The translations under genes and the position numbers were made by a program. From positions 249,551 through 313,550 of the forward strand of contig NIVC01001326.1 in the NCBI GenBank assembly GCA_002269645.1: a stretch of 64,000 nucleotides of DNA, given 5' to 3'. Below are positions 24,143-35,687 of this stretch, one piece after another (the first letter of the stretch is position 1; each line of letters opens with the position of its first letter). This DNA is from Macrostomum lignano (lineage: Eukaryota). Under the pieces are notes generated by a model, which did no database searches, had not been told where the DNA came from, and worked only from the letters and a program-made list of their open reading frames with translations.

Positions 24143-26428
24143 TCCTGCAGCGCATGCAGTTTCTGTCTGAAATGACTGTCACAATTCCTGCAGCTCGTGC
24201 AGTGTCTGTCTGAAATGACTGTCACAATTTCTGCAGCTCATGCAGTGTCTGTCTGAAATGACTGTCACAATTTCTGCAGCTCATGCAGTGTCTGTCTGAA
24301 ATGACTGTCACAATTCCTGCAGCTCATGCAGTGTCTGTCTGAAATGACTGTCACAATTTCTGCAGCTCATGCAGTGTCTGTCTGAAATGACTGTCACAAT
24401 TCCTGCAGCTCATGCAGTGTCTGTCTGAAATGACTGTCATTATTCCTGCAGCTCATGCAGTTTCTGTCTGAAATGACTGTCATTATTCCTGCAGCTCATG
24501 CAGTGTCTGTCTGAAATGACTGTCATTATTTCTGCAGCTCATGCAGTGTCTGTCTGAAATGACTGTCATTATTCCTGCAGCTCATGCAATGTCTGTCTGA
24601 AATGACTGTCACAATTCCTGCAGCTCATGCAATGTCTGTCTGAAATGACTGTCATTATTTCTGCAGCTCATGCAGTTTCTGTCTGAAATGACTGTCACAA
24701 TTCCTGCAGCTCATGCAGTTTCTGTCTGAAATGACTGTCATTATTCCTTCAGCTCATGCAGTTTCTGTCTGAAATGACTGTCATTATTCCTGCAGCTCAT
24801 GCAGTGTCTGTCTGAAATGACTGTCATTATTCCTGCAGCTCATGCAGTGTCTGTCTGAAATGACTGTCATTATTTCTGCAGCTCATGCAGTGTCTGTCTG
24901 AAATGACTGTCATTATTCCTGCAGCTCATGCAATGTCTGTCTGAAATGACTGTCACAATTCCTGCAGCTCATGCAATGTCTGTCTGAAATGACTGTCATT
25001 ATTCCTTCAGCTCATGCAGTTTCTGTCTGAAATGACTGTCATTATTCCTGCAGCTCATGCAGTTTCTGTCTGAAATGACTGTCATTATTCCTGCAGCTCA
25101 TGCAGTGTCTGTCTGAAATGACTGTCATTATTTCTGCAGCTCATGCAGTGTCTGTCTGAAATGACTGTCATTATTCCTGCAGCTCATGCAATGTCTGTCT
25201 GAAATGACTGTCACAATTCCTGCAGCTCATGCAATGTCTGTCTGAAATGACTGTCATTATTTCTGCAGCTCATGCAGTTTCTGTCTGAAATGACTGTCAC
25301 AATTCCTGCAGCTCATGCAGTTTCTGTCTGAAATGACTGTCATTATTCCTTCAGCTCATGCAGTTTCTGTCTGAAATGACTGTCATTATTCCTGCAGCTC
25401 ATGCAGTGTCTGTCTGAAATGACTGTCATTATTTCTGCAGCTCATGCAGTGTCTGTCTGAAATGACTGTCATTATTCCTGCAGCTCATGCAGTTTCTGTC
25501 TGAAATGACTGTCATTATTCCTGCAGCTCATGCAGTTTCTGTCTGAAATGACTGTCATTATTCCTGCAGCTCATGCAATGTCTGTCTGAAATGACTGTCA
25601 TTATTTCTGCAGCTCATGCAGTGTCTGTCTGAAATGACTGTCACAATTCCTGCAGCTCATGCAGTGTCTGTCTGAAATGACTGTCATTATTTCTGCAGCT
25701 CATGCAGTTTCTGTCTGAAATGACTGTCATTATTCCTGCAGCTCATGCAATGTCTGTCTGAAATGACTGTCACAATTCCTGCAGCTCATGCAATGTCTGT
25801 CTGAAATGACTGTCACAATTCCTGCAGCTCATGCAATGTCTGTCTGAAATGACTGTCACAATTCCTGCAGCTCATGCAATGTCTGTCTGAAATGACTGTC
25901 ATTATTCCTGCAGCTCATGCAGTTTCTGTCTGAAATGACTGTCATTATTCCTGCAGCTCATGCAGTGTCTGTCTGAAATGACTGTCATTATTCCTGCAGC
26001 TCATGCAGTGTCTGTCTGAAATGACTGTCATTATTCCTGCAGCTCATGCAGTTTCTGTCTGAAATGACTGTCATTATTCCTGCAGCTCATGCAATGTCTG
26101 TCTGAAATGACTGTCATTATTCCTGCAGCTCATGCAGTGTCTGTCTGAAATGACTGTCATTATTCCTGCAGCTCATGCAGTGTCTGTCTGAAATGACTGT
26201 CATTATTCCTGCAGCTCATGCAGTTTCTGTCTGAAATGACTGTCATTATTCCTGCAGCTCATGCAATGTCTGTCTGAAATGACTGTCATTATTCCTGCAG
26301 CTCATGCAATGTCTGTCTGAAATGACTGTCATTATTTCTGCAGCTCATGCAGTGTCTGTCTGAAATGACTGTCATTATTCCTGCAGCTCATGCAGTGTCT
26401 GTCTGAAATGACTGTCATTATTCCTGTA
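24143..26428. repeat. 43-bp tandem satellite (cctgcagctcatgcagtgtctgtctgaaatgactgtcattatt), about 53 copies
   Basis: Direct reading; contiguous units with no spacers. Confidence 0.97.
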
Positions 26429-27671
26429 GCGTGTCAGCAGACAGAAGGAGGCAGAAGAAAGGCAGCAAGTTCAAAGCAATCAGCCATATCTAGAAAATTT
26501 CATAGGCGATTCCATCTGAACTGGGCGACCACCCAGAGGCGCTGGGCTGTCCCATGCGGTCTCGCCTCAGGAAATTCGGAAAGCCTATTATTATAACAAG
26601 GCAAATGATGTGCAATAATTACTTTTCGCTATCGTGGCTGCCATCACGGACAGCTGAAGCAGCAAGGCCGCTGCACTCGCAGAGTCTGCTACAAATTTTG
26701 CTGCGAACCGCCGGTTTTTGCTACAAGAAAAGGTTTTGCACAGCCCTGAATAGGGTTTGGCCATAGACAAGTTCGGTCCAGCTGCTCCTGCACTGAAGAG
26801 ACAGGGGAGTAGCTGGAGTTTCTTTGCCAGTCTCCGGCAGCAGTTCATGGAAAAAGCAGCTTTGATAAACCTGTGAGCGCAGCCCGGGCACACCAAGTAC
26901 TGGCTTCAGAAATCCAGAAAGTTTGCGGTCCTTCTACTTGTCCGTGGGTGCAATTCACTTCGTTGATGGATTTGCATCAGTCATCGTCATTGATTTGATT
27001 CCCACAGTTGAATTTCCTGGATGCGAAAAACTTCCTCTGCAGCGTTTCCGGTATCTTTTTATTGCTCTGGAAACTCGAGGAATGCAAGAGCGAGGAAAGT
27101 GCTTTTATCCCAAATTATTGCCTCAAGACTGAGGGCGGCTCCATCACCTCCATCAGGTTTGGCAAGCTGGGAGCTGGGAGGCGCAGCGCATACAAGCTAT
27201 GGGGAATCCGGCAGTCACTTAGCAGTTCGGGCGGGCATTTAGGCCCAGGCGCATTACACAGCTAAGCTTAAATGGGCCAGGCTAGCTGGTGTCCATATTT
27301 CTACTGCTCCAACAAAATCCGATGCGGTAGGGCTTGGCGAGAAGCGGACAGGGGGGGGGGCACAGAACGGCTGCGGTAGGCGGTGCCGCATGGGGTCCTG
27401 GGCTCGCCTCGCGGGGGCCTCCTGTATCGCTTTCTTTCTATCTGGGCTATCTGTCTGTCTGTCTGGCATCGCAGCCGTCCCAGTCCCCGGGGTCGAGCTG
27501 GGGGTGGGGGCGATCGCCGCGGGTGCCCCAGAAAATAAAGAGGGAAAACAAGAAGACAGAAGGAGAGAAAGAGAAAAAAGGGTCAGCTTTGGCGGCCGGA
27601 GCAGAAAGAAGACCAGCAAGAAGCTGAACGAGCGAGCGAGCAAACTCGAACAAAGGAGACTCATTCTCAGC

Positions 27672-28477
27672 ATGCGGCCATTGAAGAATCCTCGGCTGCT
27701 GCTCCTGCTATTGCTGCTGCTGCTGCTGACTGGCTGTCAATCCGGCAGTGATGAATGCCAGAAGCAGCAGCAGCGGCAGCAGAAACGGCCCCGCCGGTGG
27801 CACCCCATCGAGTTCTCGCCCTGCCCGCAGCCGAGCCAGCCGACTGTGCAGCTGCTGCAGCTGGCCACGCGGCCCTCGCCGCTGCGCCTCTACGCCGATG
27901 GCAGCGCGTCCCGGCTGCGGATTCGCTACCGGCTGCGCCTGCTCGAGGACCTGCCGGCGTCCGACGGCCCCGTCGGCATTCAGCTCCGCCTGGCGCCGGT
28001 GCTCCGCCAGCCGGTCGCCTGCCCGCTGCTGTCCCTGGCTGGCCGGCTGCTGGCCCGCCTGCTGCTGCTGCCTTCGGCAGCGGCAACTCCAGCGACGGCA
28101 GCAGTCTGCACCTGCCGGATCTGTGCGCCCTGTCGCGCCTGTCCGTCAGTCACGTGATCAGCCCTAAACGGCATCGTCGATTCTGTCGTCGTCGACGACG
28201 CCAGCTGGTGCCGCGGCTGCACGACGTACCGATTCCGTGCCTGTGCAGCCTGCGGCGGGGTGTGTACCGGCAGCGGGCCCTGCCAGTGTACCCTGCCCTG
28301 CCCGGCCTGCTGAGCAAGTTCGGTGTCAGTCCCGACTGCATCAGCGGCGGCTACCAGGCGCAGCTGACGATGACGCAACGGTTGCTGGGCAAAAATGAGA
28401 CTACGGCAGGCGGGGCGTTGCGCAATTTGGCCTGCTACAATATCCGGTTCCGGCTGCGGGTGCGGGATAAGCACTGA
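27672..28477 (+). pseudogene. GM2-activator / ML (MD-2-related lipid recognition) domain protein, with one frameshift as written
   Basis: Signal peptide MRPLKNPRLLLLLLLLLLLTGC and IEFSPCPQ..LRLYADG in one frame. SLHLPDLCA, PIPCLCSLRRGVY (cf. GM2A GLPCHCPFKEGTY), GGYQAQLTM and RNLACYNIRFRL (cf. KRLGCIKIAASL) are in another frame, switching at about 28020-28090. It may be an intact gene with an assembly indel. Confidence 0.6.
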
Positions 28478-28539
28478 GGGAGCCCTCACGACTCAGGACT
28501 GAGCAAGTTGGAAAACTGGACTCATGATTGAACCAGTGC

Positions 28540-29495
28540 GTGAATGAATGCTTGAATGAATGAGTGAACAGGTGACTGGATGAATGAATGAGTGAACAGG
28601 TGACTGGATGAATGAATGAGTGAACAGGTGACTGGGTGAATGAATGAGTGAACAGGTGACTGCGTGAATTAATGGGTGAACAGGTGACTTGGGTGAATGA
28701 ATGAGTGAACAGGTGACTGGGTGAATGAATGAGTGAACAGGTGACTGGGTAAATGAATGAGTGAACAGGTGACTGGGTAAATGAATGAGTGAACAGGTGA
28801 CTGGGTGAATGAATGAGTGAACAGGTGACTGGGTGAATGAATGAGTGAACAGGTGACTGGGTGAATGAATGAGTGAACAGGTGACTGGGTGAATGAATGA
28901 GTGAACAGGTGACTTGGGTGAATAAATGAGTGAACAGGTGACTTAGTGGAATGAATGAGTGAACAGGTGACTGGGTGAATGAATGAGTGAACAGGTGACT
29001 GCGTGAATGAATGGGTAAACAGGTGACTTGGGTGAATGAATGGGTGAACAGGTGACTTGGGTGAATGAATGAGTGAACAGGTCACTGGGTGAATGAATGA
29101 GTGAACAGGTGACTGGATGAATGAATGAGTGAACAGGTGACTGGGTGAATGAATGAGTGAACAGGTGACTGCGTGAATGAATGGGTGAACAGGTGACTTG
29201 GGTGAATGAATGAGTGAACAGGTGACTGGGTGAATGAATGAGTGAACAGGTGACTGGGTAAATGAATGAGTGAACAGGTGACTGGGTAAATGAATGAGTG
29301 AACAGGTGACTGGGTGAATGAATGAGTGAACAGGTGACTGGGTGAATGAATGAGTGAACAGGTGACTGGGTGAATGAATGAGTGAACAGGTGACTGGGTG
29401 AATGAATGAGTGAACAGGTGACTTGGGTGAATAAATGAGTGAACAGGTGACTTAGTGGAATGAATGAGTGAACAGGTGACTGGGTGAATGAATGA
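28540..29495. repeat. 28-bp minisatellite (gaatgaatgagtgaacaggtgactgggt)
   Basis: Direct reading. Confidence 0.95.
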
Positions 29496-29934
29496 GGAGA
29501 CTCAGCTCGTCACTCATTGACCCGGACCTGAACTTGCTCTCATCTTCAATCCTGCAGAATTACCTCAGTAAAGCTGGCTAGCTCATGCTAACAATATGCT
29601 TTTCATCAATAAATATGTATTTATCATTTGAATGCCTATAGAAGCTGGTTAGAAGCACTAATAACTTTTCTGGGTCAATTTTGCCAGCCTATATCAACAA
29701 TGCTTTTCTGTATCCCGGATGTGTTTTGTACAGCCCTTCATGCTCACAGTTGTGCAGTGCTGTCAGCTGTCCCTGATTTGTTTAATTCGATCATGAATTA
29801 AATAAATATACGATTGTAATTCTCTAATGGCTTGACAAAGTTGCAGTTTAATCAGTTTTAATTGAAGCTTGCTGTGTCAGACTCGAACTGCTTTTTCAGG
29901 AAATAATTGAGTTGCCTAATCACCAATGGTAACT

Positions 29935-30945
29935 GTGTACAAGCGCCATTAGGGTTAGTGTATAAGCGCCATTAGGGTTACTGTATAAGCGCCAGTAGGG
30001 TTAGTGTATAAGCGCCATTGGGTTTAGTGTATCAGCGCCATTAGGGTTACTGTATAAGCGCCATTAGGGTTAGTGTATAAGCGCCATTAGGGTTACTGTA
30101 TAAGCGCCATTGGGTTTAGTGTATAAGCGCCATTAGGGTTACTGTATAAGCGCCATTAGGATTACTGTGTAAGCGCTATTGGGTTAGAGTATAAGCGCCA
30201 TTAGGGTTACTGTATAAGCGCCATTAGGGTTAGTGTATAAGTGCCATTAGGGTTACTGTATAAGCGCCAGTAGGGTTAGTGTATAAGCGCCATTGGGTTT
30301 AGTGTATCAGCGCCATTAGGGTTACTGTATAAGCGCCATTAGGGTTAGTGTATAAGCGCCATTAGGGTTACTGTATAAGCGCCATTAGGGTTAGTGTATA
30401 AGCGCCATTAGGGTTACTGTATAAGCGCCATTAAAGTTAGTGTATAAGCGCCATTGGGTTTAGTGTATAAGCGCCATTAGGGTTACTGTATAAGCGCCAT
30501 TAGGATTACTGTGTAAGCGCTATTGGGTTAGTGTATAAGCGCCATTAGGGTTACTGTATAAGCGCCATTAGGGTTAGTGTATAAGCGCCATTAGGGTTAC
30601 TGTATAAGCGCCAGTAGGGTTAGTGTATAAGCGCCATTGGGTTTAGTGTATCAGCGCCATTAGGGTTACTGTATAAGCGCCATTAGGGTTAGTGTATAAG
30701 CGCCATTAGGGTTACTGTATAAGCGCCATTAGGGTTAGTGTATAAGCGCCATTAGGGTTACTGTATAAGCGCCATTAGGGTTAGTGTATAAGCGCCATTA
30801 GGGTTACTGTATAAGCGCCATTAGGGTTTAGTGTATAAGCGCCATTAGGGTTACTGTATAAGCGCCATTAGGGTTAGTGTATAAGCGCCATTGGGGTTAC
30901 TGTATAAGCGCCATTAGGGTTAGTGTATAAGCGCCATTATGTATA
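29935..30945. repeat. 23-bp minisatellite containing TTAGGGTTA (tgtataagcgccattagggtta[c/g])
   Basis: Direct reading; ..ttac and ..ttag variants alternate. Confidence 0.95.
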
Positions 30946-31309
30946 AATGTTTCAATGTTTGTATGAATCTGGGGTGGTGTTACTGTCCAATCTGTATACA
31001 TACAGACAACTCATTTTTAGTATATAAGGAAGTTATATTAAAAATTTTAAACAACTTACTTTTGAGTAGTATAGGCTGAGCAAGTATGCCAAAACAGTTC
31101 GGGTTATTATGAGCCTATATATGATTTCAAATTTGGCTATAATTTTTTTGCTCTTCAAATGACATTAACTGTTAGTAACATTGTGCACAGTAGCTACAGA
31201 AATCCAGAAGGCAAGATATTGTAAATTGAATTTCTAAAATATTTAAAACTGCTTAGAACTTTCGTTAGTTGATACGAGCGCAGCCTCAAGTGAAAATCAC
31301 ACGACCTTA

Positions 31310-31577
31310 TACTCAGCAACATTGAAAAGTCGCCATTCTATATGCCAGTGAGCAGTTTCTCTTGGACTATTCTGAAATTGTGAGAAAACTGATCGGGGTG
31401 GCTTTAATCAGTCCAACTCTCGCACACCGCTCCCTTCACTTCATTCCTCAACTCAAGTCTGCCGCGGCGTAGCTGAGCTGCGTCACTCGCAAAGATTGAG
31501 AGACTGTACTTGCATTCTCAAAAGTGGCAACCACAGACGGAATCTTCTGTGATGGCGACTTTCGATGTTGTTGAATA
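31310..31577. mobile_element. Putative MITE of about 265 bp with about 25-bp imperfect TIRs
   Basis: cagcaacattgaaaagtcgccat (31314-31336) versus atggcgactttcgatgttgttg (31552-31573); TA on both flanks. Confidence 0.45.
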
Positions 31578-32470
31578 ATATATTTTCGAACGTTGCTTCT
31601 TTCAACTTCAGCTATCCAAGGCCTCGAGTTTATACCAGAATACGTCTCTACCTACCAGTTTCCTACTTGAAGGCATTAAAAGAATGATATTAGCAAAAGT
31701 ACGGGGCGTACTCTGGCCTAGACGTTACATTTGTTGAAACTTGGCAGTATAACAGAAATAACACTCGTTGAAGAACCGGTTCTCCATCTAGTATTCGGAT
31801 TCTGGGGACTGGAATGCGAGCATGACGAAATATGCAAAATATAGCTGCACCTCTCTTGGTGAAGTTGCCTTGCTTTGACAAACAATGGACTGCTGCACTC
31901 TCAGGCCCAAGGAGTCCTTTAGACAGAGTCTGGATTGACAATCAAAGGTTTGAATAGGGAGTATATAAGACCTTTGCTGCAACTTTGAGCAAACGTAAGA
32001 GAAGAGGGAGCGTCATTTCATACGGTATTAATTAACATTATTGTACCCTCGTAGGTGTGGCAAAATTCAGATTTCCAAACTAGATATCTAACTTGAGTTG
32101 TCCTTGGCAGAAGCAGTTGCTTCTGCCAGTCCACTTGAGCTTCTATCTAGAGAACAACAATGAGTGCGCAGGTTTCAATTGCAATGGTGTACGCAATAAA
32201 ATGTACACCAAAGCCGAGCCCTTGTCACTGTGTGCTTAAAAGTGATAAAAGCCAACAGCATGCCCGGGCCAACGCCGCCAGAACAGTTCCACGGCAAATC
32301 CGGGGGGTTCCGGGGGAAAATCCGGGGAGACAGAAACAGCCGCGGATTTGCCTTGAGTAGGCCGCGGGTTTGACGCGGAAATTATGGAAAAAAAATTAAT
32401 ATTGCCTACGAATGCAGGGCCCACTCAGAATGCCAGCTCCCTCGCTAATTGCAACTCAAGCAGCTCCGCA

Positions 32471-33001
32471 ATGCCGCAGATTCAAATCTTCATCATTTTC
32501 CTAGCCGCGTTCAGCGCCATTCCGGTTCAGCAAGCCGAGATCTGCTGTCCGACAGGCCAGTACCCGGACATGTTCGTCGACATCTGCGTCCACTGTCCGA
32601 CTGACTGTCTGACCATCGAGGACAAAAATTCAAGCTCCACCGCGATGCTGTTGAGAAGCTTCTGCGCCGAGTTGCGAGCCTGCGGCTACTGCCTGACGGC
32701 CAGAGATCGGGCTGAGGGGCTGCAGGGGTCAGCAACTGCCGCTGGATGCGGTTGGAGACGTCGGCACTCGAAGACGTCGTTGGATGCAACCGCTGATGCC
32801 GATGCTGCTGACGTGTCGTTGGTCAAGAAAGTGACGATGTGGAAAGTCTTATGCGCGATCAGCCTGGCTACCTCAGCCGGAGCCGTTGCAGCTCTGGTCC
32901 TGCTGGTCATTGTACAGCGGCGCAGATGGCGGCAGCTTCCGGTGGATGACAAGAACGCCCAGCTGCCTCACCATGCCAGCAAGCAGCTTCTAGTAGTTTG
33001 A
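32471..33001 (+). CDS. Single-pass TNF-receptor-superfamily-like protein with one BCMA/TACI-type cysteine-rich domain (176 aa; upstream in-frame ATG at 32384)
   Basis: Signal peptide; [21 protein letters not shown] has the same spacing as BCMA [46 protein letters not shown] followed by QRRRWR; short tail; intronless. Confidence 0.65.
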   Translation: [176 protein letters not shown]

Positions 33002-33844
33002 CAAATTACTTTACGAAAAACATACTTATTTCATGCTTTCATTGTTAAAAATCTAATAAATCATGAAGCAGTACGAACTGCATTGAATATATTGCCATTT
33101 TTGTATTGAAGCTTCTTGATCTCCGTTTTCTCTACTTTTCCATATCCGCTGTTTACTCTTCAGTATCCACCGTCTACTCTGCAGTACCTCTCTTCAGCAT
33201 CTTTACTGTCTACTCTTCAGTATCTACTGCCTACTCTTCAGTATCTATTGTCTACTCCTCAGTAGCCGCTATCTACTATTTTTTATCATTCCATTTCCGC
33301 TATCTACTCGTCACAATCGAAATGATTGTTACAATAATAACGTCAGCCTTCAATTTGTTTGTCACCTGTCAAGTATATATTTAGCATAATGAAATAGCAG
33401 TGTGTACTTTCGAATCGAGCACTTTTGTTATAACTTATAAGTTTGCTGATTGAATTACAAGCACATATCGCTGTGCACTTGAACTAATACGTACATGGTT
33501 TCGAGTTAATGTTTTGATTTCGATAAATTAATATGCAAATTTTGGTCACGGGTCATATAGTCAGTCTTTCTGAGGCCTTCGAAAAGAAACCGGCAGTTTC
33601 GAGAATTACGTTGGCTGCTAATTAGCAAATATTGCTTGTATAGTTATGCGCATTCCCTTCCCTCAACAGGTTGCTCCTCTGCTGTAGATTAGCGATGAAC
33701 GCAGGGTTAAAAATAGTAACCGATTGTTTTTGCTGAAAAAACACGTCACACCGACCCAACTTGCATAAAAAATGTCAGCGGAAGGTGAAATTCAGCATTG
33801 GCGCTATTGTAAACAGCACTGGAGTGACCCTGGCTGGCTAGAGA

Positions 33845-33885
<41 letters not shown>

Positions 33886-34075
33886 AGAAAACAAACCGCA
33901 TTTGCCTAGAGCGATCTGGTCACAGAAGCACAATGAGCTGCCCAATGCCAGAGCAAAGGGCTATTTAAGTTCAGCTTGAGCAGGTCTTGCAACAACTCTC
34001 TCTCTCTCTCTCTCTGTCTCGCTGCTGCGCGCTTGTTTATCTGCTTTGATCCTCAAGCCAAAGCAGCAAACAGAA

Positions 34076-34615
34076 ATGGCCAAGTGCTGCCAGTTGATGC
34101 CCTGCTTTCCGCTCCGAGTGATCCGAGCATTCTCAGCCAAGGACCGCAGCCTGTACTGCCTGTTCCATGTGCTGCTCTGGTGCGGCCTGGTCGCCTTCTT
34201 TGCCTGCCTGTCGCTGTACGCAGTCGAGCGTGAGTACGTGTACTTCATCGTGCCGCTGCCCAGCATCTTTCTCATGTTCGCCGGCCTGTTCGGCTTCCGC
34301 TGGCTGGCCATTCGCAATAATGACAAATTCGAGCTGCACCATCGGCGACGGGGGCATCGACGCGGCGTCGCTGGCGACGATGGCGAGTCCGGCTCGGTGC
34401 CGCACGGCAGCTTCCCGCCGCCGCCGCCGCTGTACGCGCTGGAGTACGACGGGCCAGTTTTCACCATCTACGGAGTGCTGGTGCCGCCGCCGACTTACGA
34501 GGAGGTGCAGGAGGTTGCGGCTGCGGCTGCTGCATCCGCCGTTGATCAGCCTCATCCGACGGCAGCACCAGCTAGCACCGAGGAAACTCCAATCACGAAA
34601 GCTTTGACAACTTAG
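34076..34615 (+). CDS. Small two-TM membrane protein with two PPxY motifs (179 aa), family not recognised
   Basis: Hydrophobic segments LYCLFHVLLWCGLVAFFACLSLYAV and YVYFIVPLPSIFLMFAGLFGFRWL; PPPPPLY and PPPTYEE; GC3-rich codon usage like the other genes. Confidence 0.65.
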   Translation: MAKCCQLMPCFPLRVIRAFSAKDRSLYCLFHVLLWCGLVAFFACLSLYAVEREYVYFIVPLPSIFLMFAGLFGFRWLAIRNNDKFELHHRRRGHRRGVAGDDGESGSVPHGSFPPPPPLYALEYDGPVFTIYGVLVPPPTYEEVQEVAAAAAASAVDQPHPTAAPASTEETPITKALTT

Positions 34616-35282
34616 GAAGAAACGCTGAAAAAAGACGCTTATAAACCCGCAGTCGAACTGGTACAAGCATTTAACGTGATCGCGTCTCAGTATAAGCCAG
34701 TTGATTGTAAAATTCTTTTTTTTGAAAAATTCGATCAGTAAATTTCTTTTCCGGTTTCTAAGATGCTCAAGACGTTCTCATAAGCATGATTCGCGGTGCA
34801 CATATTCGCCTATGTTCTCGATGTTTATTTTATTTTCCATTTTTATAGGCCCAAGTATTCAATAGTGCTTGCTTTGTAAGACCTAACGGCCAATAAGCAT
34901 TATTGCTCATGATCAGAATCTCTTTCGCTTACAAAAGTTTTTCTTAATCCACCTGAGCTTCTGCATTTTCTGTAACCCTTTTCATTTATGATTGTAATTA
35001 ACTACCGATTCATCGCAGGGTGCCAATTTAAGGTTTCATTGACTTTTCTGGCACTTTTGTCACTGTACTAAAAATTATAGCGAATACTACGTTTTTTGTG
35101 ATGCGTGTATAGTAATACATAGAGGTGATTACAACTAGGTAAACAGGGAGTGCAAGCCCTTCGTGCGGATGGGTGCACACGGGAAAGTGAGATCTTAGAC
35201 AGAAAATACGTGAAAGTCCTAAATTTTCGATTAAAGGAACAACTACACGACTTGCATAGAAAAGACGACTTAACGTGCATTA

Positions 35283-35465
35283 CAGGCGCGTCGCCACAGA
35301 GGGGGATAGGGGGGGGGGGGCATGTCCCCCTCAGTAAAAGCTCTCTCTCTCAAAAACACGACTCTCAGAAAATGGAAATGTAGGAATTTAGTCATTTACA
35401 TGCACATGTTGAATTCTTGGTTCTTGGAATTCTTCCCAACCATAAAATCCATGGCGACGCCCCTG
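35283..35465. mobile_element. Putative short hAT-like MITE
   Basis: 14-bp TIRs caggcgcgtcgcca / tggcgacgcccctg (one mismatch); no TSD seen. Confidence 0.4.
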
Positions 35466-35489
35466 CACATATAAGTAGGTCTTACAGTA

Positions 35490-35687
35490 CAGGTGGGGCG
35501 GTGGGGTAGACAGGTGGGGCGGTGGGGGTAGACAGGTGGGGCGGTGGGGGTAGACAGGTGGGGCGGTGGGGGTAGACAGGTGGGGCGGTGGGGGTAGACA
35601 GGTGGGGCGGTGGGGGTAGACAGGTGGGGCGGTGGGGGTAGACAGGTGGGGCGGTGGGGGTAGACAGGTGGGGCGGTGGGGGTAGAC
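35490..35687. repeat. 22-bp G-rich minisatellite (gtagacaggtggggcggtgggg)
   Basis: Direct reading. Confidence 0.9.

Noticed and set aside
24143-26428. CRISPR-like array (also 7795-8745 and 29935-30945)
   Set aside because: Units are contiguous with no unique spacers, there are no cas genes, and the context is eukaryotic.
26430-27380. Short overlapping ORFs between the satellite and the GM2A-like gene
   Set aside because: No domain signatures or consistent splice structure.
27390-27671. N-terminal extension of the GM2A-like ORF
   Set aside because: Low-complexity purine-rich sequence; the signal peptide starts at ATG 27672, directly after an acceptor-like AG.
31700-31850. LINE endonuclease remnant (VETW and GDWNA-like words)
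   Set aside because: The motifs are in different frames and about 20 codons apart, far closer than in APE endonucleases.
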